From Stegostoma tigrinum (Eukaryota): a stretch of 64,000 bases of DNA. The notes beneath the pieces were generated by a model. It saw only the letters and a list, made by a program, of their open reading frames with translations. It was not told where the DNA came from and made no database searches. Shown here one piece after another: positions 1 to 13,223 of this stretch (within the stretch, counting starts at the first letter, position 1; every line of letters begins with the position of its first letter). The DNA lies in the NCBI RefSeq assembly GCF_030684315.1, contig NC_081369.1, forward strand, positions 9,710,035-9,774,034, read 5' to 3'. The position numbers were made by a program, and so were the translations under genes.

Positions 1-1360
1 ATAAATAGGGAGAGAGGGGGAGGCGGACCGAAGATGGAGAGAAAAGATAGGTGTAGAGGAGAGTACAGGTGGGGAGGTAGAGAGGGGCTAGGTCAGTCCA
101 GGGAGGACGGACTCTCTGTCCTGCAGACCCGACCAGTCCCCCTCCACCGCCACCCTCATCCGCCTAGCTGAACTCGTCCTCACCCTCAACAACTTCTCTT
201 TCGATTCCTCCCACTTCCTAAAGACAAAGAGGGTGGCCATGGGCACCCGCATGGGCCCCAGCTATGCCTGCCTCTTTGTAGGTTACATGGAACAGTCCCT
301 CTTCCGCACCTACACAGGCCCCCAAGACCCACCTCTTCCTCCGTTACATTGATGACTGTATCAGCGCCGCCTCTTGTTCCCCAGAGGAGCTCGAACAGTT
401 CATCCACTTCACCAACATCTTCCACCGCAACCTCAAGTTCACCTGGGCCATCTCCAACACATCCTTCACCTTCCTGGACCTCTCAGTCCCCATCTCAGGC
501 AACCAGCTTGTAACTGATGTCCATGTCAAGCCCACCGACTCCCACAGCGACCTAGAACACACCTCCTCCCACCCACCCTCCTGCAGAAATTCCATCCCCT
601 ATTCCCAATTCCACTGCCTCTGCCGCATCTGCTCCCAGGATGAGGCATTCCACTCCCATACATCCCAGATGCACCTGCACATCTGCCAATGTGGTATACT
701 GTATCCATTGTACCCAGTGTGGCTCCGTCTACATTGGGGAAACCAAGCGGAGGCTTGGGGACCGCTTTGCAGAACACCTCCGCTCGGTTTGCAATAAACA
801 ACTGCACCTCCCAGTCGCGAACCATTTCAACTCACCCTCCCATTCCTCAGACGACATGTCCATCATGGGCCTCCCGCAGTGCCACAATGATGCCACCCGA
901 AGGTTGCAGGAACAGCAACTCATATTCCACTTGGGAACCCTGCATCCCAATGGTATCAATGTGAGCTTCACCAGCTTCAAAATCTCTCCTTCCCCCACTG
1001 CATCCCAAAACCAGCCCAGCCTGTCTCTGCCTCCCTAACCTGTTCTTCCTCTCACCCATCCCTTCCTTCCATCTCAAGCCGCACCTCCATTTCCTACCTG
1101 CTAACTTCATCCCACCCCCTTGACCTGTCTGTCTTCCCTGGACTGACTTATCCCCTCCCTACCTCCCCACCTATACTCTCCTCTCCACCGACCTTCTTTT
1201 CTCTCCATCTTCGGTCCGCCTCTCCCTCTCTCCGTATTTATTCCAGAACCCTCACCCCATCCCCCTCTCTGATGAAGGGTCTAGGCCCGAAACGTCAGCT
1301 TTTGTGCTCCTGACATGCTGTTTGGCCTGCTGTGTTCATCCAGCTTCATACTTTGTTATT
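1..1360 (+). mobile_element. Penelope-like retroelement fragment (RT part + GIY-YIG) with inverted terminal repeat at 1-110
   Basis: RT motifs (AMGTRMGPSYACLF, RYIDDC), then after an internal deletion NVVYCIHCTQCGSVYIGETKRRLGDRFAEHL (GIY-YIG). 1-110 is the reverse complement of the 3' terminal repeat at ~1130-1240. Confidence 0.9.
1269..1296 (+). ncRNA. Minimal type I hammerhead ribozyme motif (PLE terminal repeat)
   Basis: CUGAUGA-A-GGGUCUAGGCCC (stem II)-GAAAC-GUC. Conserved core, palindromic ACGU in place of stem III, GUC cleavage triplet. Confidence 0.8.
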
Positions 1361-1591
1361 AAGATGATTAATGCCGCTCCGTCATTACGATCGTGGCTGA
1401 TCATCCATGACAGTGTGTGAGCCTTTGATCCGCTGATCTTTTGAAGGATATTACTGCCATGGATTCAGCGCAACAAAAGTTCACTGGACTTGTTCTTGGG
1501 ATGGTAGAATTCTTCAGTGGAGTGATAGGCAAAACTGAGCCTGCATCCTCCAAAGTTTCACAAAATGACGACGATCTCATTGGAACGCACA

Positions 1592-1912
1592 AGCACTCTG
1601 GAACAGTGGTTAACACTGCTGCCTCAGAGCGCCAGAGGCCCGGGTTAAATTCCATCTTTGGGCGACTGTCTGTGTGGAGTTCGCACATTCTCCCTGTCTC
1701 TAAGTGGGTTTCCTCCGGGTGCTCCGGTTTCCTCCCTTAGTTAAACGATTTGCAGACTAGGTGGATTGGCCATGCCAAACTGCCCGTAGTGTACAGGGAT
1801 TCGAACATGAGGTGGTTTACAGGGGGATGAGTTTGGGTGGGTGCTCTGAGGGTCGGTGTGGACTTGTTGAGCCGAAGGGCCTGTTTCCACGCTGTAGAGA
1901 TTCTACGAAATG
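1592..1912 (+). mobile_element. tRNA-derived V-SINE (HE1-like)
   Basis: tRNA-like head (cagtggttaacactgctgcctca...cccgggtt), V-domain ggtttcctccgggtgctccggtttcctccc, CR1-like 3' end gggcctgtttccacgctgtag. Confidence 0.8.
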
Positions 1913-2670
1913 ACTTAATAGAAAGAAAATGGTCCATCACTGAATATATTTCCCATAGTTGGAGGCTCGAGTACCACGGGACGTTATGAAGCCACTTCGC
2001 ATCTTGATAAGGACTTTTTTTAACGCGTTCCTATTTCTGGCATTATCTTCCCCAGACTATCGAAACATGTATATGAACATGTGTAAATTTAAGATTGATA
2101 GTTTTCTAAATGTCAATGATATGAGGGGATGTAGCTATTGTGTGGGCAAACGGCAATTGTTTGGATGATCAGCCACGATCGTAATGACGGAGCGGCGCTA
2201 ATCATCTTAATATTCCCTCTCCTGTGTTCCTTTATTCCTCTCCTGGAAAGTTTTCATTACTCGCTGACCACAAGACTACCTTCTGACGGAATCACAGCAA
2301 ATACGATAAATAACACATCACACCAGGTTTTGGAGGTCCTCTCAGAAACGCTGAAAATGGGAAGTCTATAATCAATTGAGAAATTGTCGAGTGTAAATGC
2401 TGAATACGAACTAAAATAAATAATGGGATGGAAAATCGAAGTTGTCTGGGCCTTGGCTCTCATAGACTGGCGGATAACACTGATTTTAATTTGCTTTGAC
2501 AAAGGTCTTAGACAATAACATCTTACATGGATGATTTAAGGATTACCTGTAGTTTAATTTTGCAGCTTCTTTTTTGTCACTGCTTATGTCAAAAAACTTA
2601 AGATGTACTTTTTTTCCACCTTGAATTTTCCAGACTTTGCGATCATTTTTTTGGTCTGTTGGAGTCATAC

Positions 2671-2960
2671 ATGAGTAAGAATTAATCACAGTGTAGATGG
2701 CAGAGGCAGGAATCTGGAAGGAGGTATCTATGGATAACTTCGGTCTGCTTGGGCTGTGACTGTTCCAAAGAACTGAAAGCTTCATGTTATCCTTCAGCGT
2801 TCTGCTTCTATATTATCTCTGGTGTGATTGTGGTGCCATTTTATACCAAAGGAGGTAAAAATTCCCCGAATGAAATGTACCCATTTGAGACACAAGGGTC
2901 AGTTGACAAATTGCCCGTGGGTGGCTTGGGAAAAAAAGATCTTTATTGGAGCTGGAGAAA
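2671..2960 (-). pseudogene. Degenerate C1 domain exon (copy 1)
   Basis: tttttgtctgcag| VSPAPIKIF...LTLVSQMGTFHSGNFYLLWYK/NGTTITPEII*KQNAEG*HEAFSSLEQSQP...QIPASAIYTVINSYS |gtatga. Colinear with the copy 2 C1; several stops and frameshifts. Confidence 0.7.
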
Positions 2961-3674
2961 CTGCAGACAAAAAAAAAGCAAAAATCAGGTTTCTGAATAT
3001 ATGGTGAGCATGAACACGACAAAAATGTGTCCTCATCCGCTGCCCGATCCCAAATAAATTACATTATTTTACTGTGGTCCTAAGGGGAGAAACAAGCAAT
3101 CTGTCTAAATTATAAACACAGAGGGATAGTAGCCGATATCGAGCAGCCAGCACAGACGGAGAATCAATATATTAAATATTCGATGGGGTATCGAAAAATG
3201 TGAAGCTGTTGCCAGGAGGACAATCAGAAGTTTTCTTCCCTTACGATAGCGCAGGGCGGGCGCAGTCTCGGGATAAGAAGTCCCTGAAGTAAAAATTAGC
3301 GTTTGAGATATATCCGGTAACATTCTAAGTAAAAACCGGGAGAACTGCGGATGCTGTAAATCAGGAACAAAAACAGAAGTTGCTGGAAACTCTCAGCAGG
3401 TCTGGCAGCATCTGTGAAGAAAATGTCATAGTTTACGTTTCGGGTCTGGTGATCCTTCTTAGATTTTACTGCCGGTAATATTTTAGTTCAAAATTCCATA
3501 CTCCTGAACCAGCTTGTAACTGATGTCCATTTCAAGCCCACCGACTCCCACAGCTACCTAGAATACACCTCCTCCCACCCACTCTCCTGCAAAAATTCCA
3601 TCCCTTATTCCCAATTCCTCCGCCTCCGCCGCATCTACTCCCACGATAAGACATTCCACTCCCGCACATCCCAG

Positions 3675-4544
3675 ATGTCCAAGTTCTTCAAGGGCCGCAA
3701 CTTCCCCCCGACAGTGATCGAGAACGCCCTTGACCGCGACTTCCGCATTTCCGGCAACACATCCCTCACACCCCGCCCCTGCCACAACCGCCCAAAGAGG
3801 ATCCCCCTCGTTCTCACACACCACCCTACCAACCTCCGGATACAACGCATCATCCTCCGACACTTCCGCCATCTACAATCCGACCCCACCATCCAAGACA
3901 TTTTCCCATCCCCACCCCTGTCTGCTTTCCGGAGAGACCACTCTCTCCGTGACTCCCTTGTTCGCTCCACACTGCCCTCCAACCCCACCACACCCGGCAC
4001 CTTCCCCTGCAACCGCAGGAAATGCTACACTTGCCCCCACACCTCCTCCCTCACCCCTATCCCATGCCCCAAGATGACATTCCACATTAAGCAGAGGTTC
4101 ACCTGCACATCTGCCAATGTGGTATACTGCATCCACTGTACCCGGTGTGGCTTCCTCTACATTGGGGAAACCAAGCGGAGGCTTGGGGACCGCTTTGCAG
4201 AACACCTCCGCTCAGTTCGCAACAAACAACTGCACCTCCCAGTCGCTAACCATTTCCACTCCCCTTCCCATTCTTTAGATGACATGGCCATCATGGGCCT
4301 CCTGCAGTGCCACAATGATGCCACCCGAAGGTTGCAGGAACTGCAACTCATATTCCGCCTGGGAACCCTGCAGCCTAATGGTATCAATGTGGACTTCACC
4401 AGTTTCAAAATCTCCCCTTCACCCACCTCATCCCTAAACCAGCCCAGTTCGTCCCCTCCCCCCACTGCACCACACAACCAGCCCAGCTCTTCCCCTCCAC
4501 CCACTGCATCCCAAAACCAGTCCAACCTGTCTCTGCCTCCCTAA
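3675..4544 (+). CDS. PLE C-terminal linker, Cys motif and GIY-YIG endonuclease (open remnant)
   Basis: 289-aa ORF containing PCNRRKCYTC and VVYCIHCTRCGFLYIGETKRRLGDRFAEHL...LGTLQPNGIN. Confidence 0.85.
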   Translation: MSKFFKGRNFPPTVIENALDRDFRISGNTSLTPRPCHNRPKRIPLVLTHHPTNLRIQRIILRHFRHLQSDPTIQDIFPSPPLSAFRRDHSLRDSLVRSTLPSNPTTPGTFPCNRRKCYTCPHTSSLTPIPCPKMTFHIKQRFTCTSANVVYCIHCTRCGFLYIGETKRRLGDRFAEHLRSVRNKQLHLPVANHFHSPSHSLDDMAIMGLLQCHNDATRRLQELQLIFRLGTLQPNGINVDFTSFKISPSPTSSLNQPSSSPPPTAPHNQPSSSPPPTASQNQSNLSLPP

Positions 4545-4766
4545 CCTGTTCTTCCTCTCACCCATCCCTTCCTCCCACCCCAAGCCGCACCCCCATCTAC
4601 CTACTAACCTCATCCCACCTCCTTGACCTGTCCGTCTTCCCTGGACTGACCTATCCCCTCCCTACCTCGCCACCTATACTCTCCACCTATCTTCTTTTCT
4701 CTCCATCTTCGGTCCGCCTCCCCCTCTCTCCCTATTTATTCCAGAACCCTCACCCCATCCCCCTCT

Positions 4767-4794
4767 CTGATGAAGGGTCTAGGCCCGAAACGTC
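4767..4794 (+). ncRNA. Minimal hammerhead ribozyme motif
   Basis: Identical to 1269-1296. Confidence 0.8.
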
Positions 4795-5143
4795 AGCTTG
4801 TGTGCTCGTGAGATGCTGCTTGGCCTGCTGTGTTCATCCAGCCTCACATTTTATTAACTTGCACACTCCTGAAACTAGTTCTTTTCATAATCTATCTGAT
4901 TTGCCGAGTTTCAGATATCAATTCAGGTTTCCAAAGTCTACCATTAATGCGGGTTTCTGACCCGGCTTAGTATTGATGCTGTTTTATGTAGCAGAAAAAA
5001 TGAAACATCAAAATTTGCCACCAAATTACCAGTTTTGCACAGTGTTTCATTGCGAACGGGTTAAAGTGTTTTGTAGCGCGAAAGGTCGCTCATAAGAAGT
5101 GGCAATTGGGCCTCTTGAAATTTCTCGTACCCCCATCACTTAC

Positions 5144-5465
5144 TGCCCAGACATTCCGGTTGGTTCTAGTTCCATTTATAGTAAATTTCCCTGACGGATT
5201 ACTGCACAGTGGTAGATTCCTGAGACCTGAAACGTCGCGTTTCGCAGATCCAAGAAACCAGCTTCTTTATATTTGAGACCAATGTCTTTCCTCTTATCTG
5301 CACTTGTTTGCAGAAATCTATTCTCACTCAGTTTCCACAAACACATCTCGACCCCTGACTTGTCATGAGAAAGGGGCATGATTCATTAAAGCGTGATGCC
5401 TGAGCCCTTTAATATTTCTTCTTCTTTGGGAGTTTGAGATATGCTTTTGGAAGTATCTCGCGCAC
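5144..5465 (-). pseudogene. Degenerate VJ-type V domain exon (copy 1)
   Basis: ttttatttccag| GARDTSKSISQTPKEEEILKGSGITL**IMPLSHDKSGVEMCLWKLSENRFLQTSADKRKDIGLKYKEAGFLDLRNATFQVSGIYHCAVIRQGN, frameshift, then NGTRTNRNVW and gtaagt. Clearly paralogous to copy 2 (GIYHC-VIRQG shared); TAA TGA replace Tyr-Cys. Confidence 0.85.
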
Positions 5466-6711
5466 CTGGAAATAAAATATAAACATCATGTTAGTTAATT
5501 GCAAAATATGTAAAACCAGGCACCTAACAGCACAATTTAACATGGAATTATGAAACAGAAATAAGATAGTAGACCAAAGAACTACAGCTAATTCACCTGA
5601 TGCAGTATTGTGGAAATATATGTTTTGTTTTAATGAGACAACTAGGAGAGACATCAAAGATACCTGTGCTAGTGAGGGCCAGGAGTGATAGGAGCATGAA
5701 CAGAAACTTGACACTGGACAAAACTCCAGCCTATAGTTTCAATGGATGGCTGTCTTCAATGACGGTGTTTGTCGCTGTCAAAGGGGCCTGCTGAGTATTT
5801 AACTTAAAGCTCATCAGCATGACATCAACAATTAGCTTTAGATTTTATTTAACAATTAGCTTTAGATTGCAACCGTTTGGCTATTGGATCGCCCTTGAAC
5901 TCTGCTGTAACACCAGCAGAAAACAACAGGAGATCAAATGTAATCCTTGTATTCCAAGTGAGTTAGTTACAACATCAGTTTGTGGTTCCGTCCCTGCTCA
6001 AGAGCATTAAATGGCAATGTTTTGCCACCAAACCATAAAGGAAACATCATGGGTGACACAGCTTCGCCAACTCAGTGCATTTCAAGGAGTATCTTGAAGG
6101 GAGAACGATAGAAAAGGACATGGTGATGTTTAGAGAGGAAATTGCCCAGCGCAAACCCTTGTGAATTGATGGCACGGCACACATGGCAACGTAATCAAGG
6201 GTCGGAATGTTCAAGAAGCCAAGACGTGATGAGGTCGGAAATTTCCTACACTTCTGTCGCTGAAGGGATCAAAGAGACAGCAAGTTATAACACGGATGAA
6301 GAATGAAAACTTTAATTTCAAGACATTGCTGAATTGGGGATACGTGAAAGTCAGAAAACAGATGATTGACGGTTGAGATGACTCGTTGGGAGGAAAAAAA
6401 GTCGGCAATAAACCGCTAGCTGCCCTCATGTTTACAGAGGGTACAGAATAAGAAACTAACCAGAAGTGCACTTGAGTAGTAAACACTGGAGAGCTATGTT
6501 ACGATCTTAAATGTAGATAGTTTTGCTGAAGTTCAGGTAAGAACTAATATTAGTTTTATTCGCAGTCTGCTTCATCTCAGACAGTTGACAGGGAAGGGAC
6601 TGATATCGATTATGGGACGGTAATCTTGAGACAGAGGCCAAATACAATGGCTTCCTTCCCCAAGATACTGAAATTTTACCTTCGCCCATTGCTTGCAGTC
6701 AGAACACAGAC

Positions 6712-6766
6712 CGAAAGCGTAAAGGCAATGCAGGAATCGCGAGTAAGTCAATGAAATATGTTGCGT
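6712..6766 (-). pseudogene. Possible leader exon of copy 1 (ATG mutated to ACG)
   Basis: ACG CAA CAT ATT... = (M)QHISLTYSRFLHCLYAF G|gtctgt. Exactly 55 nt, phase 1, the same length as the corrected copy 2 leader. Confidence 0.35.
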
Positions 6767-7419
6767 GCTCCTGCACGTAGAAAAACAGTTGTACATTGGC
6801 AGATTGCTAGGACGGGTTTAAAACCTAGTTTAAAACCTCATAATGATAACAGTGTTGATAATTAGTTTGACATTCGAAAATTGTCCTAGAATGCAGAAAC
6901 GAGCAGGACCAAGACGTTGCAGAATTGGGAACACGTGTAAGACAGCAACAATAGGATTGATGGGTGAGGCGACTGTGTGAGAGGCAGGACTGTGGGTAAT
7001 AGACTGTTAGCTCCCCTCAGGTTTAAAGAGGATGCAAAGTGTGAGACAAACTGCAGCTGTATTCAAATAGGAAACGCCAGAGGACGATGTAGCGCAGGCT
7101 TGTAACTGTTTCCAAAAAAATTAACAAACAATTGGGTGCATGCGTTGATTTTGACGTCCTTCCCACGTCTGCATTGGTAACGCTATGTGCTCCGGTTTCT
7201 TCCGACAACCTAAAGATACGTAGGTTAGGTGGATTTGCAATGCTAAATTACCTCGTAGTGTCCAAAGATGTGCAGACTAGGTGGTTAATGTGGAAATACG
7301 GGGAAAGTGTTAGGTGGGCGAACGGTGGGGGGATGGGTCTGAAAATAATAGCCTTCGAAGGGTCGCTGCAGATTCAATTGGTTAAGTCGCCTTTTTTCTG
7401 CACTAAACGGATTATCTGA

Positions 7420-8290
7420 TTCGATAAATTGAACTGGACCCGGGGAATTAATGCCGAGGAATGATGATTGATTACAGAAAGATGTCAATGGTTTGGTTGA
7501 GTGAGCTTTAAACTTGCAAAGGAATTCAATCCGGAGAGGTGAATTTGGAGCAAGCAAATAAAGCAAGGAAATACAATTTAAGCAGGAGGATATTTAGATG
7601 TAAAATAGAAGTCAGAGACTTTGAACTGCATGCCTACAGGTCTTAAAAGTGTGTAAAAGATAGATAAGCTTATGGAATGCTGCCCATTGTTGGATAAGAT
7701 GTGGAATACAGAAGCAAGTAAGTAACGCTGGAATATATACGAATGTGTGCTGCCATAGTGACAGTTTATATACACTCCTGGTGACAATATCGCAGAGCGG
7801 AAATAGTTTTAGTGGAATTACAGACGAGATTTACAGGAATATTTCCATAAATTAAACAGGTCAATTATGAGGAAAGTTTAGATAAGCTCGATTTATTTTC
7901 CTTAGAATCGAAGTGATTCAGGACTGACATAATTGAAGTACACAAAATATTGGGGCCCTTGGTTAGTGTGAACAGGGAAGAACTGTTTCTCCGACTACAG
8001 CGACCCGTTACCAGGGAGTACAGATTTAAGGCGGTCGGCAAAAACAGATCAGAGGCATGGAAAATGTCTTTCTCACCCAGAATGTCTGTACATTCGCTGG
8101 CCAGTTTGCCGGTTGAGACAGAGGCGGAACAAATATCCTTGAAATTTATGCTAACTTTACGTAAGCAGCAGATCTGTTTGTCGTGAAAGGAAGAAGTAAA
8201 ACTAGACTGCTGACCTGGCAAATGGCTAATGTTAAAGGTTATTCGGCGTTTGTGGTTGCAAAGCAAGATAACTTAAGACCGATAACAGGA
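7420..8290 (+). mobile_element. Degenerate CR1 LINE 3' fragment
   Basis: Decayed RT C-terminal motifs (LGLFSLE-like, IEVHKI-like). Confidence 0.6.
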
Positions 8291-8699
8291 TATTTAGACA
8301 TGGACATCTCCTGTTTACACGACTCTTCCCATATGACCACAGATACATGCAAACCTTGTGTAACGGAAGATGACTTCGCCCAGCCTGGAAGACTGGGAGA
8401 AAGCGTATAAAAGAAGGCACATTGAAGATATTAACAGCGATAACTTGAGCAACAATCGAGACCCAAGCATCATGAGAAGGAGACACTGAGCTCAGAACAA
8501 CAACAAGATTATGACTCGTCGCAATGAATCTGGCCAGTTCATCACGTGCAGATGGTATTTAGATTCTAGTCAAACAGCCATATAATATATTGATTGTGTA
8601 CTTACAAAAGTCTAAAGAGTTATAACACAGAGCAAGTTGCATTGGATTCTAATCTGACCGCCTATGCTTTTAACTATTGTAATTTTTCTTTTACCCAGG

Positions 8700-10220
8700 C
8701 ATGGACGTGGGTATCTCTGGCTGGCTGGCAATTTTTTTCCCATATTTCCCGTCCTTAGTTCCCCTGAAGATAATATTCGTAAACTGACTTTTTAAGCCAA
8801 TGCAGTCCTAATGCTGTAGATTGATCCACAATATCCGTAGGGAGGGAATTCCAGGATTTTGAATCAGCATCGTTGAAGGAATGGTGATATATGTCCAACT
8901 CAAATGTTGAGAAGTTTAGAGAGGAACTTATAGGTGGTCGTGTTCCAAAATACCTGCTTCCCTTGTCCTGCTAGATGGAAGAAATCATATGTTTGGAAGG
9001 TGCTGCCGAAGGATCTTCAGCGAATTTCTGCGGTATCTTATGGATAGTGTGCGTTGCTGCTTCTGAGCGTGGATCGTCGGCGTGGATGCTTTGCAGTAAT
9101 ATTGTCTCCAACCATTTCTTAATATCATGTGGGGCCAATCGAATTGGCTGAATACTGGTACCTATAATGCTGGGGAGCATGGGAGGATGCGAAGATGTCC
9201 ATTCACGTGACACTTCTGGTTGAAGATTGCCTCAAATGCTTCACCCTTATTGTATGCACTTATGTCCTAGACTCTTCCATCATTGAGGACACGAATATTT
9301 GCAGATCCTCCTCCTGCCTATTGCTTAATTATCCACAACCATGCACGACTGCACATGGCAGGATTGCAGAGCTTAGATATGATCTGTTCCCTGTGGGATC
9401 AGTTGGCTCTGTTTATCACTTGCTGCTTATGTTATTCGGCAGACAAGTAGCACTGTTTTGAAGCTTCACCGTGTTGAAAGCTTGTTTTCAGATATGCCTG
9501 GATCAATTGCTGACACGCCCTCCCGTGCTCTCCATTAAATCAGGGTTGATCACTTGACTTAAAGTTAATGGTTGAATTGGAGATAGGCCGGATCATGAGG
9601 TTGAAGGTTATGCTGGAGTTCAATTCTGCTGTGTATGATGACCCACAGCACCTTGAGGATTGTCAGTCATGCGTTGTTAGATCTTTTTGAAATCTGTCCC
9701 ATATGCACATTGATAATGCACGCAACACGGTGGAGCCTAGTCACAATTTGAAAGTGGGGCAACAACTCTACAAGGACTATGTGGTGGTCACTTTTAACGA
9801 TACTGTCATGAACAAAGGCAGCTGCAGCTAGCAGATGGGTTAGGATATGGTCAAGTATGTTTCATTCCTCTTCTTGGTTTCCTTACACCTGCTGCAGAGC
9901 CAGACTAGCAGCTCTACCACTTAGGACCCGTCTGCTAGATCAGTAGTCTTACTGCTGAGCCGCTCTTAGGGGTGGACATTGAAATGCCCCACCCATGTAC
10001 ATTTTGTGCCATTGTCATACTCAATGCTTCCTCGAAGAGTTCTTCAACATGGAGGAGTACTCATCCATCAACCAAAGGAAGATGGTATGTGTCAATGAAC
10101 ATGAGGTTTCCTTGCCCATTTTTGACTCAAAACCATGAGGTGCCACAGGGTCCAGAGTCAAAGTTAGAGACTCGGACTATATATCGGTGCCACCACTCTG
10201 GTCATTCTTCTGCTAGTTCC
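8700..10220 (-). mobile_element. Degenerate LINE (CR1/L2 clade) with APE endonuclease remnant
   Basis: GHFNVH (GDFN-like) near 9970-9990 on the minus strand; 3' end family shared with 60640-61370. Confidence 0.55.
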
Positions 10221-11604
10221 AAATAATTGTCTAGATCTATCCTTTGGAATGGTAACAAACAGTTGTATACAATTTAGAGACATGCACCACTTACTCTATC
10301 GAGACCAGTTTTCATTCAGGAAAGGTACAGGCAAGTTCATAGATCTAATAAATCAAATGAATTGTCTATTCTAGAGGTAAGAATACAAATTAAAGACCAG
10401 GCTTTAAATTTTTACTCGAAAAAAGCACAAATGTTTGATGGAGAATAAAGTGATCCGATAAAACATTATTTTAAATTGACTATGCACATTCCTTCCATCA
10501 AATAGCAAATTCCTCAAAAAGGACGTTGCTATTTTATTACAGAAATTTACCTGAGTATTTAAGTAATAACAGGCAATTATAGTCTACATTCAATGACACA
10601 ATAATTTGATACATTACACTGCTTTTCAGCTGACTTTTTAATATTCTTCGGATTTCTTTCACAGCTTGACTGTTCTGGAGTTCTATGAATCTCTTGCTTG
10701 GTACTAAAATTGATGTTTTGGAAGATTGTTAATAGGAGCGGTTTCGCATTTTAGGCTGGTATTCGAAGGATTTATTAGCAGTTTAAAAAAAGTCATAAAA
10801 CCTGAACTACAATACACAACTGCACGCGTCCAACCTAATAATGCCAGTTTTCACAACAATATGAATGCCTCTGGTGATCTCTGGATGACTGATTCACTTC
10901 CCTGCACAGCTCGAGTGTTCACTCCTGTTCGAGTGTAAATGTAGACGCCCTAATCGTTAGTATCAATTCACTGCAAAGTGTTAGCGATTTTACCCTATGC
11001 GTATTACACGGTCCTCAAGTAAAACACTTCTCAGATGCTTAGTTCATTGCCTTTCGTTGTTTTATTGCTGGTGAAACGGAGAAAATGGTGAGTGATAACG
11101 CACAGAAACCATGGTGAATATTGATCAATAAATGCGACCGCGAAAGCATGTAATTACTTCGATTGTTGTATAATATATATTTTAAACGGGCAATGGACAA
11201 ACTGCAGCACGGTTGTAATAATGCTAAAGTTTCCAACCAATTTATAACATGCAAGTAGAACTATGGTATTTTGCTATCTATTTTGATTTCAACGACATTG
11301 TGCTGTTTACGGCTCTTTATCTGTTTATATCAGGAGCGCACTGGGTGTTGGGGAGAAATGAGCCTTCCGCGATAGCTCCCAGTTTGCTTTCGCAAGACCA
11401 ACTTCATTCCTTAGCTCCTGCTGTTCGGTATTCGTCGTTGCAAAAGAAATACTTCCAAAACTGCAAAGATTGGTCATTTACATCTTTAGGAGATGCGCGA
11501 ATGAACAGACCAGTTGTTCACGGCGTTCAGCCGGCTTCAGACTTCGACCTCGGTTGAAGCATTAAATAACTATGAATAGATTTCACGTTGATTCGTGGCC
11601 CTTT

Positions 11605-11730
11605 TTAAAAAAGACAAAATAATTTGCCTGATTTCGACGCGTTTGTCTCAAAGACGTCTCTATAGAAGATGCAAAAATCGAACCTGCTTTTTCCAATGCT
11701 AGTTTCTGCAGCAGCGCATTTCTGCATCCT
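11605..11730 (-). pseudogene. Candidate terminal cytoplasmic exon with ITIM-like IFYRDV (copy 2)
   Basis: tttctacag| phase 0: RMQKCAAAETSIGKSRFDFCIFYRDVFETNASKSGKLFCLF*. Phase matches the preceding small exon. Confidence 0.4.
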
Positions 11731-11921
11731 CTGTAGAAACTAACGATGATCTGCAACTATTTCAGGGCTGACGCCCACTCCGTCTCCCATAAACTAGTTG
11801 CGGTCGCAGGATAGCTGCTTGCAAACCGAGAGTGTGTAAAGTCAAATTTGATTCAGTGCTTGCAGCGGAATGATAATTTCAATTGCTGGTATCCGGCCGG
11901 TAAGAAGTAGTTTTCACATAC

Positions 11922-11959
11922 TTCTACGCTGTGTTTTGAACTGGCGAATCTATTACTTT
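11922..11959 (-). pseudogene. Small cytoplasmic exon (copy 2)
   Basis: attttccag| (E)SNRFASSKHSVE |gtatgt. Phase 1 in matches the TM exon; phase 0 out. Confidence 0.5.
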
Positions 11960-12282
11960 CTGGAAAATTCAGAGGCTCGTCGGAAACAGAAACCATTGGT
12001 TCAAGTAGAATTATTCGTCCTTGGAACACTGATCCCATTTCACACTGCCCCCAACTGCTATCGGTAGACTGTAGGTGTGAGGCTCGAAGAGGAACAGCAG
12101 GTCAGACAGCATCCGAGGAGCAGGAAAGACATCGTTTCGTTCCTCTGATGCTGCCTGACCTGCTGTACTTCTCCAGCCTCACATCGACAGACTTTGTCTT
12201 CCAGCATCTGCCACTCTTACTGTCTTCAAGTCACTGTTATCTGTAGTCTTGTATTAAAATCTATTATTACATCATACCTTAC

Positions 12283-12390
12283 CTTTCTCAAACCGTATTG
12301 TGCTGTGCGACGCGGTGATAATCAGGAGCAGTAGAAGTGCTAGTCCACACACCATGAGGCACGAGTAGAAAAGTGGCACATGGACAAAAT
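12283..12390 (-). pseudogene. Transmembrane exon (copy 2)
   Basis: catcttgcag| DFVHVPLFYSCLMVCGLALLLLLIITASHSTIRFEK G|gtaagg. 108-nt phase 1-1 exon; hydrophobic helix with no charged residue. Confidence 0.75.
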
Positions 12391-13223
12391 CTGCAAGATG
12401 ATAATCAATGTCGACATTAACTTGCACAATGTGCTAGGCTTCTGCTTTATCTTTTGCAAAAGGGGCTAAGAACCGTTTACTCGATAAATTCCTGTGTCTT
12501 CCATAATTCTTAGAACTGGAACAGAAAACGATATAGGATCTTGTTTACATAAAGAAAAAGAACATGCTGTTACCCCTTGGTGTGAATATAGACCTCGGAT
12601 TAGTGTCACTGGCTGAGAGTTCGACTAGTTAGTACTACTATGGGGGGGGGGGGGTGACTTATTTATTCAAAGGCTTGAATCTTTGGCATTCTCAAATCCA
12701 AAGAGAATGATTTTCCAACCATGAGAGACCGCAATCTGTAGTATTTGCGGAACAGAGGCAAACCATGAATATGGGGTTCAGGCTGGAGATTGGAGTTGAT
12801 TCAAAAAGTCGGCAATAACCTTATCGCTGGGCGAAGCAGATTCGACAAGCTTTGAGGCTCATTCCTGCTCCTATTTTACACACTATTATTTTAAATGTAG
12901 TGGGCAAATTTGCAAATAATTAAGTTTAACTGAGAATTTTTTTTTTGTATCGAGTGATGTGACCCGGTTTTGACAACATCGGGCTGAAATACATCATACA
13001 TTTGGTAAATGTTGGTTTTCGTTGATCGTTTCCTTGAGTTTTCCATGCTCTGTCCCCATCTTTAATAATCTATGCTAAATACATGAGTGGCCTTTACGAG
13101 TTCAACAGTTATAAACCCGTTTTCGCAGTCCGTGTCGTACCACGATTAGATTGAGAAACGGTGTAGGTGACAACTGCTGGCGCCTGGAGGGAGATGTCAC
13201 TTACCAAAGAGGTATAATTGGTG

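Larger units (their letters stand above)
3509..4861 (+). mobile_element. 5'-truncated Penelope-like element with ~12-bp TSD
   Basis: Long open frame with GIY-YIG; 3' pyrimidine-rich repeat and hammerhead motif. Flanked by catactcctgaa (3497-3508) and cacactcctgaa (4862-4873). Confidence 0.92.

Noticed and set aside
186-1110. Many overlapping ORFs antisense or off-frame to PLE and CR1 sequences (also 3558-4525, 36042-37385, 50684-51211)
   Set aside because: Shadow ORFs of GC-skewed retroelement coding sequence.
10551-10703. Possible extra cytoplasmic exon with ITIM-like VMYQII/VDYNCL
   Set aside because: Two frames are open, the link to upstream exons would need a non-canonical donor, and such motifs arise easily by chance in AT-rich DNA.
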